From: Candidatus Moraniibacteriota bacterium
Lineage (GTDB): Bacteria > Patescibacteriota > Minisyncoccia > Moranbacterales > GWC2-37-73
Direction of reading: 5' to 3'
NCBI GenBank assembly: GCA_036845785.1
Contig: DAIUDF010000004.1
Location: 1 to 45,192 of the forward strand
DNA: 45,192 bases
The position numbers were made by a program, and so were the translations under genes. Positions 17,945 through 27,573 of the stretch are shown here, piece after piece (positions within the stretch are counted from its first letter, which is position 1; each line of letters starts with the position of its first letter). The notes under the pieces were generated by a model. It searched no databases, had not been told where the DNA came from, and saw nothing but the letters and a program-made list of their open reading frames with translations.

Positions 17945-18751
17945 ATGCAGCAAAAAAACAAGCCGAAAATCGGATTAGCGTTGGGGAGTGGCGGAGCCAA
18001 AGGCTTGGCGCATATTGGCATTATTAAAGTTTTGAAAGAAAACAACATTCCCATTGATTTTATTGCCGGGTCCAGCATCGGAGCCATGGTTGGCGGTTGT
18101 TATGCGGCTTTGGGAGAAATTGATGAAATTGAAAAAGTGGCCATTAAGACGGATTCGCGGCGGATGTTGTCTCTTATTGATCCTGTTTTCAGCCGGGGCG
18201 GATTGGTGCGGGGAGAAAAAATTAAAAAATTTTTCGAACAGTTTGTGAATGGAATTGATATTAGCGATTGCAAAATTCCTTTTGTTTCAGTGACAACCGA
18301 TCTCAAAAATGGTGAAACCGTTATTCTTAAAAAGGGAAAACTGTCTGAAGCGATTCAAGCCAGCATTGCTTGTCCACCCTTTTTCAAACCGGTGGAAATC
18401 GAATCGCGGGCGCTTTGTGATGGCGGACTTTCCATGCCAGTGCCGGTTGAGGTGGTCAAAAAAATGGGAGCGGACATTGTAATTGCAGTTAATTTGGATG
18501 GCTATCAGCCTAGCGATATCCACAAAGCGGGCGTGGTTTTTTTCAAAGCCGCGCAACGGACCATTTGGCTTCTCAGGCATCATCTTTCAGTTTCGAACAT
18601 TAAAAATGCAGATGTTGTAATTGCTCCGCCAACCGGTCGGATGTATTGGAACAAATTTATTCGCGGAGAAAAAGTAATTTTAGCCGGAGAAGAAGCGGCC
18701 AGAGCGATTCTGCCGGAGATCGAAAGACTTATTAGGGAGAAGACAAGATAA
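17945..18751 (+). CDS. Patatin-like phospholipase
   Basis: LGSGGAKGLAHIG, GSSIG nucleophile motif, DGG. Confidence 0.94.
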   Translation: MQQKNKPKIGLALGSGGAKGLAHIGIIKVLKENNIPIDFIAGSSIGAMVGGCYAALGEIDEIEKVAIKTDSRRMLSLIDPVFSRGGLVRGEKIKKFFEQFVNGIDISDCKIPFVSVTTDLKNGETVILKKGKLSEAIQASIACPPFFKPVEIESRALCDGGLSMPVPVEVVKKMGADIVIAVNLDGYQPSDIHKAGVVFFKAAQRTIWLLRHHLSVSNIKNADVVIAPPTGRMYWNKFIRGEKVILAGEEAARAILPEIERLIREKTR

Positions 18752-18902
18752 AATATCAAAACACATTTTGTTTTAATGTGGACAGTTTCTGAAAAATATG
18801 CTATAATTGACATATGGAAGACTGAAAAAGCTTTATTTTAAGAGATTTTTAGAAGACGGGTGGAGCCTTCTTTTTATTTATCAACAAAAAACACAAAAAT
18901 AT

Positions 18903-19589
18903 ATGAAAAATTTTGAAGAACAGCCGAAGCAAGAACAAAAAAATAAAAGTGAAGCAGATATGAAAAAAATGATTGCCGAATCTGTTGCGGCAGGAGATTA
19001 TGAAAAAGTTGCTGCTTTAGCTAAAGAAACTCAAGAAAAACTCCGAAGAGGAGAATTGTCAGGTGAAAATCCGAAAAAAACAATGTATGAGGAAGCTCAA
19101 GATGAAGAAGATGTGCGTCAAGCAGCAGAAACTGAACGTCAAGCGGCAGAAAAAGCTGCTGAAGAAAAGGCTAGAATTGATAAAGAAGAGGCGGAAAAAC
19201 TTGCTGCAATTCGTGAAAAAATACAAGGTAGCGGTACAGAAAATTCGCAAACTGAAACATCAACAGCAGAAAAAAACACAGAAAAAATTCAGGAAATAAA
19301 AGCGTCTCTAATGAGTTTGTTTAACTCTGCTGGTTATAATTCTTGGGAAGAAAAAAGCAAAGGAATTGGAGCAATAGAAGATGAGATTGATAAACTGGAC
19401 CAAAAGTCACAAGAACAGCTGGGCGAAGAGTTCTTCAATGAAACTATCGGTAAAAATTATATTAACAATAAGGAAGCTTATCAAGTGTATCAATCACTTA
19501 AGGAAAGTGGCGTTACAAAAAAATTTCGCGAACTTGAAAATGCTCGCTTGAAAGAATGGAATCCTAATGGGCCTGGTTTTACACTCTAA
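18903..19589 (+). CDS. Charged, low-complexity hypothetical protein
   Basis: ATG at 18903 preferred. Promoter TGGACA-N17-TATAAT at 18779-18807. Confidence 0.7.
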   Translation: MKNFEEQPKQEQKNKSEADMKKMIAESVAAGDYEKVAALAKETQEKLRRGELSGENPKKTMYEEAQDEEDVRQAAETERQAAEKAAEEKARIDKEEAEKLAAIREKIQGSGTENSQTETSTAEKNTEKIQEIKASLMSLFNSAGYNSWEEKSKGIGAIEDEIDKLDQKSQEQLGEEFFNETIGKNYINNKEAYQVYQSLKESGVTKKFRELENARLKEWNPNGPGFTL

Positions 19590-19639
19590 AAGTATGTTTA
19601 TTAATAAAACACTGCCTAAAATAAGTTAGCGGTGTTTTA

Positions 19640-20602
19640 TTACTTTTCTTTCTCAATCTTATTCAGTAATTCTTTGACTTTCTGCACGCTGTCCCAGTCG
19701 TGTATTGAAATAGGCAAAACTTTGGAAGAAATTTTTTCCAATTTTTTTATTTTCTCATTAAGTTCTTCCGGCGAAACCATATCGGTTTTGCTGATAAAAA
19801 TATATTCCGGTTTTTCTAATAAGATTGGATTATATTTTTCTAGTTCTTTCCTGATAGTTTTATAATCTCTAACCAAATCTTCTGACTCGGCTGAAAGAAA
19901 GTGAAAAAGAGTTTTCGTGCGCTCGACATGTTTCAAAAATTTGATGCCGAGTCCTTTGCCAGCGGATGCGCCTTCAATAAGTCCGGGAATGTCAGCCAAA
20001 ATCAGACCGTAGTGAACGCCCAGGTTGGGTTCCAGCGTAGTAAATTGGTAGTTGGCCACTTTGGCGCTGGCGTTGGTTATTTCATTAAGAAGACTGGATT
20101 TGCCAACATTGGGAAGACCTACAAAGCCGACATCAGCAATAAGTTTTAGTTCCAAACGTAAATTAAATTGTTCACCCACTTGACCTTCCTCGAATTCTTT
20201 CGGGGTCATGTTAACAGAAGATCGGAATTTGAAATTTCCGCGTCCGCCTTTGCCGCCTTTGGCCACAACAATTTCCTGACCGACCTTGGTGATTTCTGAG
20301 TCTTCCTGAGTATCTAAATTGTGAATGACAGTGCCAACTGGGATTTTCACGACCAAATCTTGGCCATCCGGACCATCGCAAAACTGACCTTTGCCGTCGC
20401 GGCCATTTTCAGCTGCAACTTGTTTTTTGTAGCGAAATTGATTGAGGGCATTGAGATCGGAAACGCCCTGAAAAACGACATTGCCGCCATGTCCGCCGTT
20501 GCCGCCGGCTGGACCCAGGCTCATAAGGTTTTTGTTAAAAGCCACAGAGCCTTTGCCTCCGCAACCGGCTGTTATTTCAATTTTGACATCATCAATAAGC
20601 AT
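19640..20602 (-). CDS. obgE: GTPase Obg/CgtA (no C-terminal extension)
   Basis: Gly-rich Obg fold, LKLIADVGFVGLPNVGKSS, YQFTTLEPNLG, DIPGLIEGA. Confidence 0.96.
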   Translation of the reverse strand: MLIDDVKIEITAGCGGKGSVAFNKNLMSLGPAGGNGGHGGNVVFQGVSDLNALNQFRYKKQVAAENGRDGKGQFCDGPDGQDLVVKIPVGTVIHNLDTQEDSEITKVGQEIVVAKGGKGGRGNFKFRSSVNMTPKEFEEGQVGEQFNLRLELKLIADVGFVGLPNVGKSSLLNEITNASAKVANYQFTTLEPNLGVHYGLILADIPGLIEGASAGKGLGIKFLKHVERTKTLFHFLSAESEDLVRDYKTIRKELEKYNPILLEKPEYIFISKTDMVSPEELNEKIKKLEKISSKVLPISIHDWDSVQKVKELLNKIEKEK

Positions 20603-20723
20603 ATTGCTGGTAATAAAGATAACTGAATGATTATAATATAAATTCGGGGAAATGTAAAGAGTTAGCGTATAATATAAAAATTTTCCAGTTGTTTTTATTA
20701 TTATTCATGATAAAATAGGGTTA

Positions 20724-22055
20724 ATGGATGCGAAAAAGAAAAAATTCGTATGGTTTGTTGTATGGGCCCTGGTTGTGCCTGTTTTTGCGTGGTCACAACT
20801 AAGTTTTTACAAATCAGCCATGGCTGCAGATGAAGAAACTGGGGAAGTTAAGGAAAGTATTTCCGAAATTGAAGATAAAAAAGATGAAATTGAAGATGAA
20901 AAAGATGAAGTTGAAGACAAGCTTAAAAAAGAACAGAAAGCTTTGGAAAAAAAGCAGCAGGAACTTTCTCAGGTACAAGGTTCTCTCTATTACACTCAAT
21001 CTTTAATCAGCAAGACTCAGTCAGCATTAGAAGACGTAAAACAAACCATAACGCGCAAAGAATTGGAATTGGTTAATTTGGACAACCAGATAAAATTAAA
21101 AGAAGAATTGCTTAAAAGTTTTTTGCAGGAAATATATTATATAAAAAGCAAGCCGATTTTGGATGTTGTTCTGGAAGAGAAGAATTTTTCAGATATTTTT
21201 TCCAACGTTAACCATCTAATGACATTGGAGGAAAAAATTGCGGCCATTTCTGCAGATTTAGCGAAAACAAAAACTCAAATTGAACAGGACAAGGTCAAAT
21301 TGGCTGATATGAAAGAAGAACACGAAGACGTTTTGGAGCAAAAAATAGATGAAAAACAGGGTCTTTTGGCAGACAAAGCGGAAGCTGCCAGCGCTGTGGC
21401 CGAAAAAGAAGCTACAGTTGAAGAACTGCAAGCCAAACTAGCAGAATTGGAAAGCGACTTGAACGTGCTGACTGGAAAATCATTTAATGCCAAGGATATC
21501 AGGGAAGCAGTAGAATATGCCAGTGAAAAAACCGGTGTTCCTAAAGGTGTGCTCTATGGATTTTTGAAAATGGAAACAAACTTGGGTGCTAACACGGGAC
21601 AGTGTACATACAAAGAGGTGGAGAAAGTGGCGGTGGCGAGATATAAAAAATATGGATCGAAATATAAAGCTTCAATAGCGCTTCTTTATAAAAGACAAGA
21701 CCTTTTTTATGATTTAGTGGATGATTTAGGATATAGCAAAAATAAAAAAGTTTCTTGTTCGCCAAGCGGATATGTAGGCCAAGGAGGAGCTATGGGTGTG
21801 CCGCAGTTTATGTCAGATGTTTGGAATGGATATGAATCAAGCATATCTGCCAATACCGGGCATAAGACGCCGGATCCATGGGATTTGACGGATGGCGTTA
21901 TGGCAATGGCGCTCAAATTGAAAAAAGCCGGTGCCACTTCCGACAGCGCTTCGGCCATCAAAAAAGCTTCCATAAATTATTTGGGAACCTTCTATGCCAA
22001 CTATTACAATGGTATAGTATATTGGGCAAAGAATTATAAGAAATTATTTGATTAA
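20724..22055 (+). CDS. Secreted coiled-coil protein with C-terminal lytic transglycosylase (MltB/SLT-like) domain
   Basis: Signal/TM, long coiled coil, LKMETNLG catalytic Glu context, GAMGVPQFM motif. Confidence 0.85.
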   Translation: MDAKKKKFVWFVVWALVVPVFAWSQLSFYKSAMAADEETGEVKESISEIEDKKDEIEDEKDEVEDKLKKEQKALEKKQQELSQVQGSLYYTQSLISKTQSALEDVKQTITRKELELVNLDNQIKLKEELLKSFLQEIYYIKSKPILDVVLEEKNFSDIFSNVNHLMTLEEKIAAISADLAKTKTQIEQDKVKLADMKEEHEDVLEQKIDEKQGLLADKAEAASAVAEKEATVEELQAKLAELESDLNVLTGKSFNAKDIREAVEYASEKTGVPKGVLYGFLKMETNLGANTGQCTYKEVEKVAVARYKKYGSKYKASIALLYKRQDLFYDLVDDLGYSKNKKVSCSPSGYVGQGGAMGVPQFMSDVWNGYESSISANTGHKTPDPWDLTDGVMAMALKLKKAGATSDSASAIKKASINYLGTFYANYYNGIVYWAKNYKKLFD

Positions 22056-22058
22056 ATT

Positions 22059-23474
22059 ATGAAAAATAAATTTTACATTACAACTCCAATCTATTATACA
22101 AATGCCAAACCGCATATTGGTCATGCCTACACGACCATTGCTTGCGATGTGTTGGCACGCTGGAATCGTTTGCAGAATAAAAAAGTTTTCTTTTTGACCG
22201 GAACTGATGAGCATGGAATGAAAATCCAGAAAAAAGCCGAAGAAGTTGGCAAGAAGCCGCAAGAATTTGTAGATGAAATTGTTGGCGAATTTAAAAATCT
22301 CTGGAGCGCAGAAAAACTCAATATAAAATATGACAATTTTATCCGTACGACTGACGAAGCGCACATGAAAGCAGTGCAAAAGGTTTTACAAACACTTTTT
22401 GATAAAGGCGCAATATATAAAGGGGAATATGAAGGTTTATATTGTACCGGCTGCGAGCAATTTTTAAATGAAAGCGATCTGGTTGATGGAAAATGCCCTG
22501 ATCATAATGCTGTTCCTGAAAAAATGAAAGAAGAATGTTATCTGATGAAAATGACTACTATTCAGGAAGATTTAATTGGAAAAATAGAATCGAATGAATT
22601 TGAAATTGCTCCGAAAAAATATAAAAATGAGATTCTATCTTTTTTGAAGAGCCAAACCTTGAGAGATGTTTCCATATCCAGAAAGAATGTTTCTTGGGGC
22701 ATACAACTTCCTTTTGATTCTGAACACACGACTTATGTTTGGGTAGACGCTTTCTTGAATTATTTAACTGGTTTGGGCTGGGAGGGTAATGAAAAAGAAC
22801 TTCCGGAATTTTGGCCAGCCGATATAAACATGATCGGCAAGGATATTCTGCGTGTCCATGCGACAATTTGGCCGGCAATCTTGCTACATCTCGGAATTAA
22901 ACTGCCTAAAATGCTTTTTACCCATGGGCACATTCTTTCCGGGGGCAAGAAAATGAGCAAGACACTGGGCAATGTAATTACAATCGACGAAATGCTTTCA
23001 AAATTCGGAACAGACGGCACCAGATATCTTCTAATGAGCGGAGGAACATTCGGGGAAGACCTTGATTTAACTATGGAACGGATGACGGAGAAATATAATG
23101 CCGACCTCGCTAATGGACTGGGAAATTTGGTTTCACGGGTTATTAAACTTAGTGATAAGCTTAATATTAATTTAGAAGCTTCTATAGAGGCCTCTACGGA
23201 GCTGAAGAAATTTTTAGATAAATTTCAAATAGACAAAGCATTGGAATTTATTTGGGAAAAAATCAGCGAAGATAATAAATTTATTGAAGATAATAAGCCG
23301 TGGGAATTGGCAAAATCAGACGAAAAGAAATTTAGAGAAGTGATGCAAAAATTGCTGGATGACTTGGGCTTGATTTCTCAGCTACTACTGCCATTTTTAC
23401 CCGAAACAGCTGAAAAAATTCAAAAAGCGCTGGAAACAAAGCAAGTTGAGCCGCTTTTTCAAAGAATAAAATAG
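22059..23474 (+). CDS. metG: Methionine--tRNA ligase
   Basis: YITTPIYY, HIGH, GTDEHG, YVWVDA, GKDILRVH, KMSKT. Confidence 0.97.
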   Translation: MKNKFYITTPIYYTNAKPHIGHAYTTIACDVLARWNRLQNKKVFFLTGTDEHGMKIQKKAEEVGKKPQEFVDEIVGEFKNLWSAEKLNIKYDNFIRTTDEAHMKAVQKVLQTLFDKGAIYKGEYEGLYCTGCEQFLNESDLVDGKCPDHNAVPEKMKEECYLMKMTTIQEDLIGKIESNEFEIAPKKYKNEILSFLKSQTLRDVSISRKNVSWGIQLPFDSEHTTYVWVDAFLNYLTGLGWEGNEKELPEFWPADINMIGKDILRVHATIWPAILLHLGIKLPKMLFTHGHILSGGKKMSKTLGNVITIDEMLSKFGTDGTRYLLMSGGTFGEDLDLTMERMTEKYNADLANGLGNLVSRVIKLSDKLNINLEASIEASTELKKFLDKFQIDKALEFIWEKISEDNKFIEDNKPWELAKSDEKKFREVMQKLLDDLGLISQLLLPFLPETAEKIQKALETKQVEPLFQRIK

Positions 23475-23588
23475 GTATACAAACGAATTTACAAATCTAT
23501 TACTAATAAGAGGATATGCAAAATTTGAACGCAGGGAATATTTTTTTGGTTTATTTGTATATTTGTATATAATTTGTAATTTTGTAGG
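23475..23588. repeat. ACAAAT/ACTAAT-type inverted oligomer repeat
   Basis: TACAAACGAATTTACAAAT..TACTAAT mirrored by ATTTGTATATTTGTAT..ATTTGTAATTTTGTAGG. Confidence 0.7.
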
Positions 23589-23591
23589 AGT

Positions 23592-23978
23592 ATGAAAATA
23601 GCAATCAGTGGCAATATTTATATGTTGCCGGACATCATGGAAGTTCAGGAATTGTTGGAAAAACGCAAACATAAGGTCATTCCAATTTTTAAATATCTTG
23701 ATCAGCTGGAAGAAACGAACGAAAAAAGAAAAGAAAAAAACAGGATATCTTTTTTTGATAAACTGAAAAAATGCGATGCGCTTTTGGTGGTTAATAATAC
23801 CCTGAAAAAGGGCCGGAAAAATTATATCAGCGGCAGTTCTTTTCTGGAAATGGGATTTGCGCACGCGCTGGGTAAAAAAATATTTCTGTTGCAAGGAATT
23901 CCGGAGCTGTCTTATAGGGATGAAATTATGGCGATGAAGCCTGTAATATTAAACGGTAGGTTAAGTGGAATAAAATAA
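23592..23978 (+). CDS. Nucleoside 2-deoxyribosyltransferase-like Rossmann protein
   Basis: KIAISG...CDALLVVN...YISGSSFLEMGFAHALGKKIFLL pattern. Confidence 0.7.
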   Translation: MKIAISGNIYMLPDIMEVQELLEKRKHKVIPIFKYLDQLEETNEKRKEKNRISFFDKLKKCDALLVVNNTLKKGRKNYISGSSFLEMGFAHALGKKIFLLQGIPELSYRDEIMAMKPVILNGRLSGIK

Positions 23979-24007
23979 AGAAGAGGCTCGCGTACAGACG
24001 AACCTCT
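23970..24007 (-). terminator. Intrinsic terminator of the candidate ncRNA
   Basis: Minus strand AGAGGTTCG-tctgtacg-CGAGCCTCT then TCTTTATTTTATT. Confidence 0.7.
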
Positions 24008-24272
24008 CTAATTGAATTTAATGCTTAGCCAGACCCGCGGGCTGGGAATTCGACCTGAATATTTCTACGGACACAAGCGTAGTTGAGAAGGCCTTTTTGT
24101 TGAGACGTCCTTATCCAATATCCATTCGAAACACCTCTGTACAGGTGCAGGATCTTCTAGTCTGTCGACGGCCGCGACATTGTCGCCTTTGCTAAGAGGG
24201 GAAGATTAGATTTGCCCTTTCATTCCTGCCTTAATTACAAGGCTCTCCATTGGAGACTTCATTAAATCCAAT
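23970..24272 (-). ncRNA. Candidate ~260-300 nt multi-branched orphan ncRNA
   Basis: 13-bp closing helix 24272-24260 with 24023-24011 (G-U on minus strand), at least seven internal hairpins, terminator 24007-23970, promoter TTGACA(24307-24302)-N17-AATTAT with predicted +1 at 24272. Confidence 0.7.
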
Positions 24273-24308
24273 ATATCAATAATTATTTATAAACAAAAAT
24301 CTGTCAAT

Positions 24309-25145
24309 ATGCAATTTTTCGATTCTCATGCTCACGTGAATTTCTCCGCTTTCAAAGAAGATGGGGAGGAAGTCCTCAAAAAATGCCTCGCAGAAGGCGT
24401 TTTTGTTGCGAACGTGGGTTCGCAATATTCGACCAGCCAGCGGGCGGTTGAATATGCGCGCAAATTTGAAAATGGAATCTGGGCCATTGTCGGCATTCAT
24501 CCGATTCATCTCAAAGAAGGTAGTTTTAAATACAGCGATCCTGATGAAGTTGAAGAAGTTAACATTAAAACCAAAGGCGAGGAATTTGAATATGAAAAAT
24601 ATTTAGAATTAGCCAGAGATGAAAAAGTGGTGGCGATTGGTGAAATTGGTCTGGATTATCATCATTTTGAAGAAAATGATGATGTTGAGGTTTTAAAAAA
24701 TAAACAAAAAGAAGTTCTCCGGAAATTTATTGAACTGGCGAATGAAGTCGGAAAACCGGTGATGCTCCATTGCTGGGACGCCTATGACGATCTTCTGGAA
24801 ATTCTGCAAAATAATCCAGTTGAAAAGAAAGGAATTTTGCACAGTTTTGTCGGCAGTTATAAAACAGCCAACAAATTCATTGAACTGGGCTACAAAATCG
24901 GACTTAATGGCATCATCACCTATGGTGAAAGTTATGATCGTTTGATCAAAGAAATTGATCTTCGAAACATTGTTATTGAAACCGACTGCCCATATTTGAC
25001 TCCGAGGCCGATGGAAAAAGAGAAGCGCAACGAGCCAATTTACGTAAAACTGGTGGCCGAAAAGATCGCAGCTCAAAAAAATATTTCGGTGGAAGAAGTA
25101 GCGGAAGTAACAACTCAAAATGCCAAAAAAACCTTTGGCATCTAA
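24309..25145 (+). CDS. tatD: TatD family nuclease
   Basis: DSHAH, GIHP, AIGEIGLDY, LHCWDA, LHSF, ETDCPYL. Confidence 0.95.
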   Translation: MQFFDSHAHVNFSAFKEDGEEVLKKCLAEGVFVANVGSQYSTSQRAVEYARKFENGIWAIVGIHPIHLKEGSFKYSDPDEVEEVNIKTKGEEFEYEKYLELARDEKVVAIGEIGLDYHHFEENDDVEVLKNKQKEVLRKFIELANEVGKPVMLHCWDAYDDLLEILQNNPVEKKGILHSFVGSYKTANKFIELGYKIGLNGIITYGESYDRLIKEIDLRNIVIETDCPYLTPRPMEKEKRNEPIYVKLVAEKIAAQKNISVEEVAEVTTQNAKKTFGI

Positions 25146-25159
25146 AAAATTTTAGGGTG

Positions 25160-25307
25160 TTGACTTTTTTGGAATTTTACGAGAAAATGTATATTAAAGT
25201 TTGTATAGGGGAACGCATCTTTTGGGGCTATTTGTCACACATTTGAGTTTTTCTACAAATGTTTGTCAAATAACTCGAATAATTAGGCGTCTCGGGTTAT
25301 TTTTTTT
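25160..25307 (+). promoter_or_regulatory. atp operon promoter and leader with alternative hairpins
   Basis: TTGACT-N17-GAAAAT (25160-25188). Hairpin 25268-25278/25292-25302 plus U-tract abutting the ATG. Competing stem 25229-25234/25267-25272. Confidence 0.5.
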
Positions 25308-25592
25308 ATGAAAAAAGATCAAAAACAAAACCCGTCACTAGCGAGTGACAGGTCATGGTCAGCATTAAGTTTTGCATGGGAACTTGGTTATTCAATTGCT
25401 ATTCCGATTGTGCTGTTCACGCTGGGTGGGCGATTGCTGGATAAAAAACTGCAAACGTCACCGTGGTTGCTTTTGGTCGGACTATTTATCTCAATAGTTG
25501 TCACATTCTGCATAGTTTATAAGAAGTTAATGGAAATAATCAGAAGCGAAGAATTAAAAAATAAACGCGAAGAAAGCAACAAAAGTTTGTAG
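25308..25592 (+). CDS. ATP synthase AtpZ/AtpI-type protein
   Basis: LGYSIAIPIVLFTLGGRLLDKKLQTSPWLLLVGL. First gene of the atp cluster. Confidence 0.88.
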   Translation: MKKDQKQNPSLASDRSWSALSFAWELGYSIAIPIVLFTLGGRLLDKKLQTSPWLLLVGLFISIVVTFCIVYKKLMEIIRSEELKNKREESNKSL

Positions 25593-25631
25593 AAAATGAA
25601 TTTATCTATGAACTAATAACCAATAACTAAA

Positions 25632-26384
25632 ATGGAAATTTCTTTATCACCAGAATCACTTTTTCATATTGGCAGTTTTCCGATTACCAATACGTTGGCA
25701 ATGACTTTTTTGCTTAGTTTGCTGATTATTGTAGTTGCTTTGGTTTTGCGCAAACGTCTGAAACTTATTCCCAAGGGGTTTCAAAATGTTTTTGAGTATG
25801 TGATCGAAGCCTTGCTGGACCTTATAGACAGTGTGACTCAAAACAAGGAACAATCGAAAAAATTCTTTCCGATTGTGGTTACGATTTTTCTTTTTGTCAT
25901 CCTGTCTAATTGGATTGAATTGATTCCGGGCTTGGGAACAATCGGAATTAATGAAAATTTGCACGGCAAAACAGTGCTGGTTCCCTTTATCCGTAGCGCT
26001 TCAGCCGATTTGAATGTTACTTTGGCCATTGCTCTCATTTCCGTTTTCACAATTCAGTTTATGGGCATTGCTGCAATCGGAATTTCCAAATATGCCGGAA
26101 AATTTTTTGTTAGTCCATTTCATAAGCCGTATTTTATCGGAACTTTCGTGGGAGCTCTGGAACTCATCAGCGAATGCGCCAAGATTGTTTCTTTCTCCTT
26201 CCGTCTTTTTGGAAATATTTTTGCCGGGGAAGTGCTTTTGATTGTAATGCTGAATCTGGTTCCATTTTTGGTGCCACTCCCATTTTTATTTTTGGAATTG
26301 TTTGTCGGATTTATTCAAGCGTTGGTTTTTGCTATGTTGACATTGGTGTTTTTGAAAATGGCCGTGACTGAATCTAGCCACTAG
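25632..26384 (+). CDS. atpB: ATP synthase Fo subunit a
   Basis: SADLNVTLAIAL, SFSFRLFGNIFAGE, FIQALVFAML. Confidence 0.96.
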   Translation: MEISLSPESLFHIGSFPITNTLAMTFLLSLLIIVVALVLRKRLKLIPKGFQNVFEYVIEALLDLIDSVTQNKEQSKKFFPIVVTIFLFVILSNWIELIPGLGTIGINENLHGKTVLVPFIRSASADLNVTLAIALISVFTIQFMGIAAIGISKYAGKFFVSPFHKPYFIGTFVGALELISECAKIVSFSFRLFGNIFAGEVLLIVMLNLVPFLVPLPFLFLELFVGFIQALVFAMLTLVFLKMAVTESSH

Positions 26385-26402
26385 TGCTTAATATAAATAA
26401 TA

Positions 26403-26492
26403 ACCTACTAAAATACGAATTTTATACTAATATACTAATTAAATTTAAAAGCACATTAGTATATTAGTAAGAGATTAGTAATTTAGTCGGGT
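26403..26492. repeat. ACTAAT-type inverted oligomer repeat
   Basis: TACTAAAATACGAAT..TACTAATATACTAAT / ATTAGTATATTAGTA..ATTAGTAATTTAGT. Confidence 0.8.
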
Positions 26493-26550
26493 GTTGATTA
26501 ATTTTTTAACCCATACTCTATTTATTTTCCCCACAGGAGAGAAAAAATAA

Positions 26551-26796
<246 letters not shown>

Positions 26797-26855
26797 GCAG
26801 TTTGTAGTTCATGGTTCGTAGTTTGTAGACTGCGGACCAAAAACTGCGAATTGGA

Positions 26856-27050
26856 ATTTTCTCCACTTTTCTTTTACACAAAAGAAAAGTGGAAGAAAAG
26901 AAAACTTCGCACCCAGATGAAGTGCTGTGGAAAATTCTAAGCTCACTCGCTAAAATTTACACTTCGCTTCGCTACGTTTCAAAATTTTTTAACGCTCACT
27001 CGCTTGAATTTTCTTACGCACTTCATGGGGTGCGGAAAATACGAAAATTC
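26856..27050. repeat. Dispersed MITE-like repeat, copy 1 (3'-truncated)
   Basis: TCCACTTTTCTTTT-acac-AAAAGAAAAGTGGA hairpin and following ~70 nt nearly identical to 31441-31530. Confidence 0.8.
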
Positions 27051-27080
27051 TCTCTAATAATTGATAATTACAAAACCATT

Positions 27081-27566
27081 ATGGAATTACTTACAAATCT
27101 AGGTATTAATGGAAAATTGCTCTTGGCACAAATCGTGAATTTTTTGGTGCTACTTTTTGTACTCAAAAAATTTGCCTATGGTCCAGTGCTGAAACTTTTG
27201 GAAAAACGTACTAAAAAAATCGAAAAAGGACTCAAAGATGCTGAAGAAGCACAAAAGAAATTGGTTGAAATTACGGAAAAGGAAAAAGAAGTTTTGGCCA
27301 AGGCCAGAAAACAAGCGCAAGAAATCGTCGCAAATGCGGAAAAAGTAGCACTCAAGAATAAGGAAGAAATTGTTGTTGCCGCCAAGCAGCAGTCAGAAAA
27401 AATCCTTGTTGATGCGGAAAAGAAAATTGAACTCGAAAAAAACAAGATGCTTTTGGAAGTTAAGACAGAAATTGGAGGACTCGTGGCTGTGGCAACAGAA
27501 AAAATTATTGGTGAAAAAATGGATAGTCAAAAAGATAAAGAATTAATTGAAAGAGCAATAAAATAA
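27081..27566 (+). CDS. atpF: ATP synthase Fo subunit b
   Basis: MELLTNLGINGKLLLAQIVNFLVLLFVLKKFAYGPVLKLLEKR. The longer ORF-track start (26889) lies inside the repeat. Confidence 0.95.
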   Translation: MELLTNLGINGKLLLAQIVNFLVLLFVLKKFAYGPVLKLLEKRTKKIEKGLKDAEEAQKKLVEITEKEKEVLAKARKQAQEIVANAEKVALKNKEEIVVAAKQQSEKILVDAEKKIELEKNKMLLEVKTEIGGLVAVATEKIIGEKMDSQKDKELIERAIK

Positions 27567-27573
27567 TTGGCAT

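Noticed and set aside
24011-24272. RNase P RNA, tmRNA, large SRP RNA, glycine riboswitch or T-box identity
   Set aside because: No GAGGAAAGUCC with a matching P4, no tRNA-like ends (AACUACGCU is not followed by a tag-like stop), no SRP helix 8 motif, and glycine and T-box consensus motifs are incomplete.
26889-27080. N-terminal extension of atpF in the ORF track (MEEKKTSHPDEV...)
   Set aside because: It is a translation of the dispersed repeat; the same peptide appears at 31472. AtpF homology starts at 27081.
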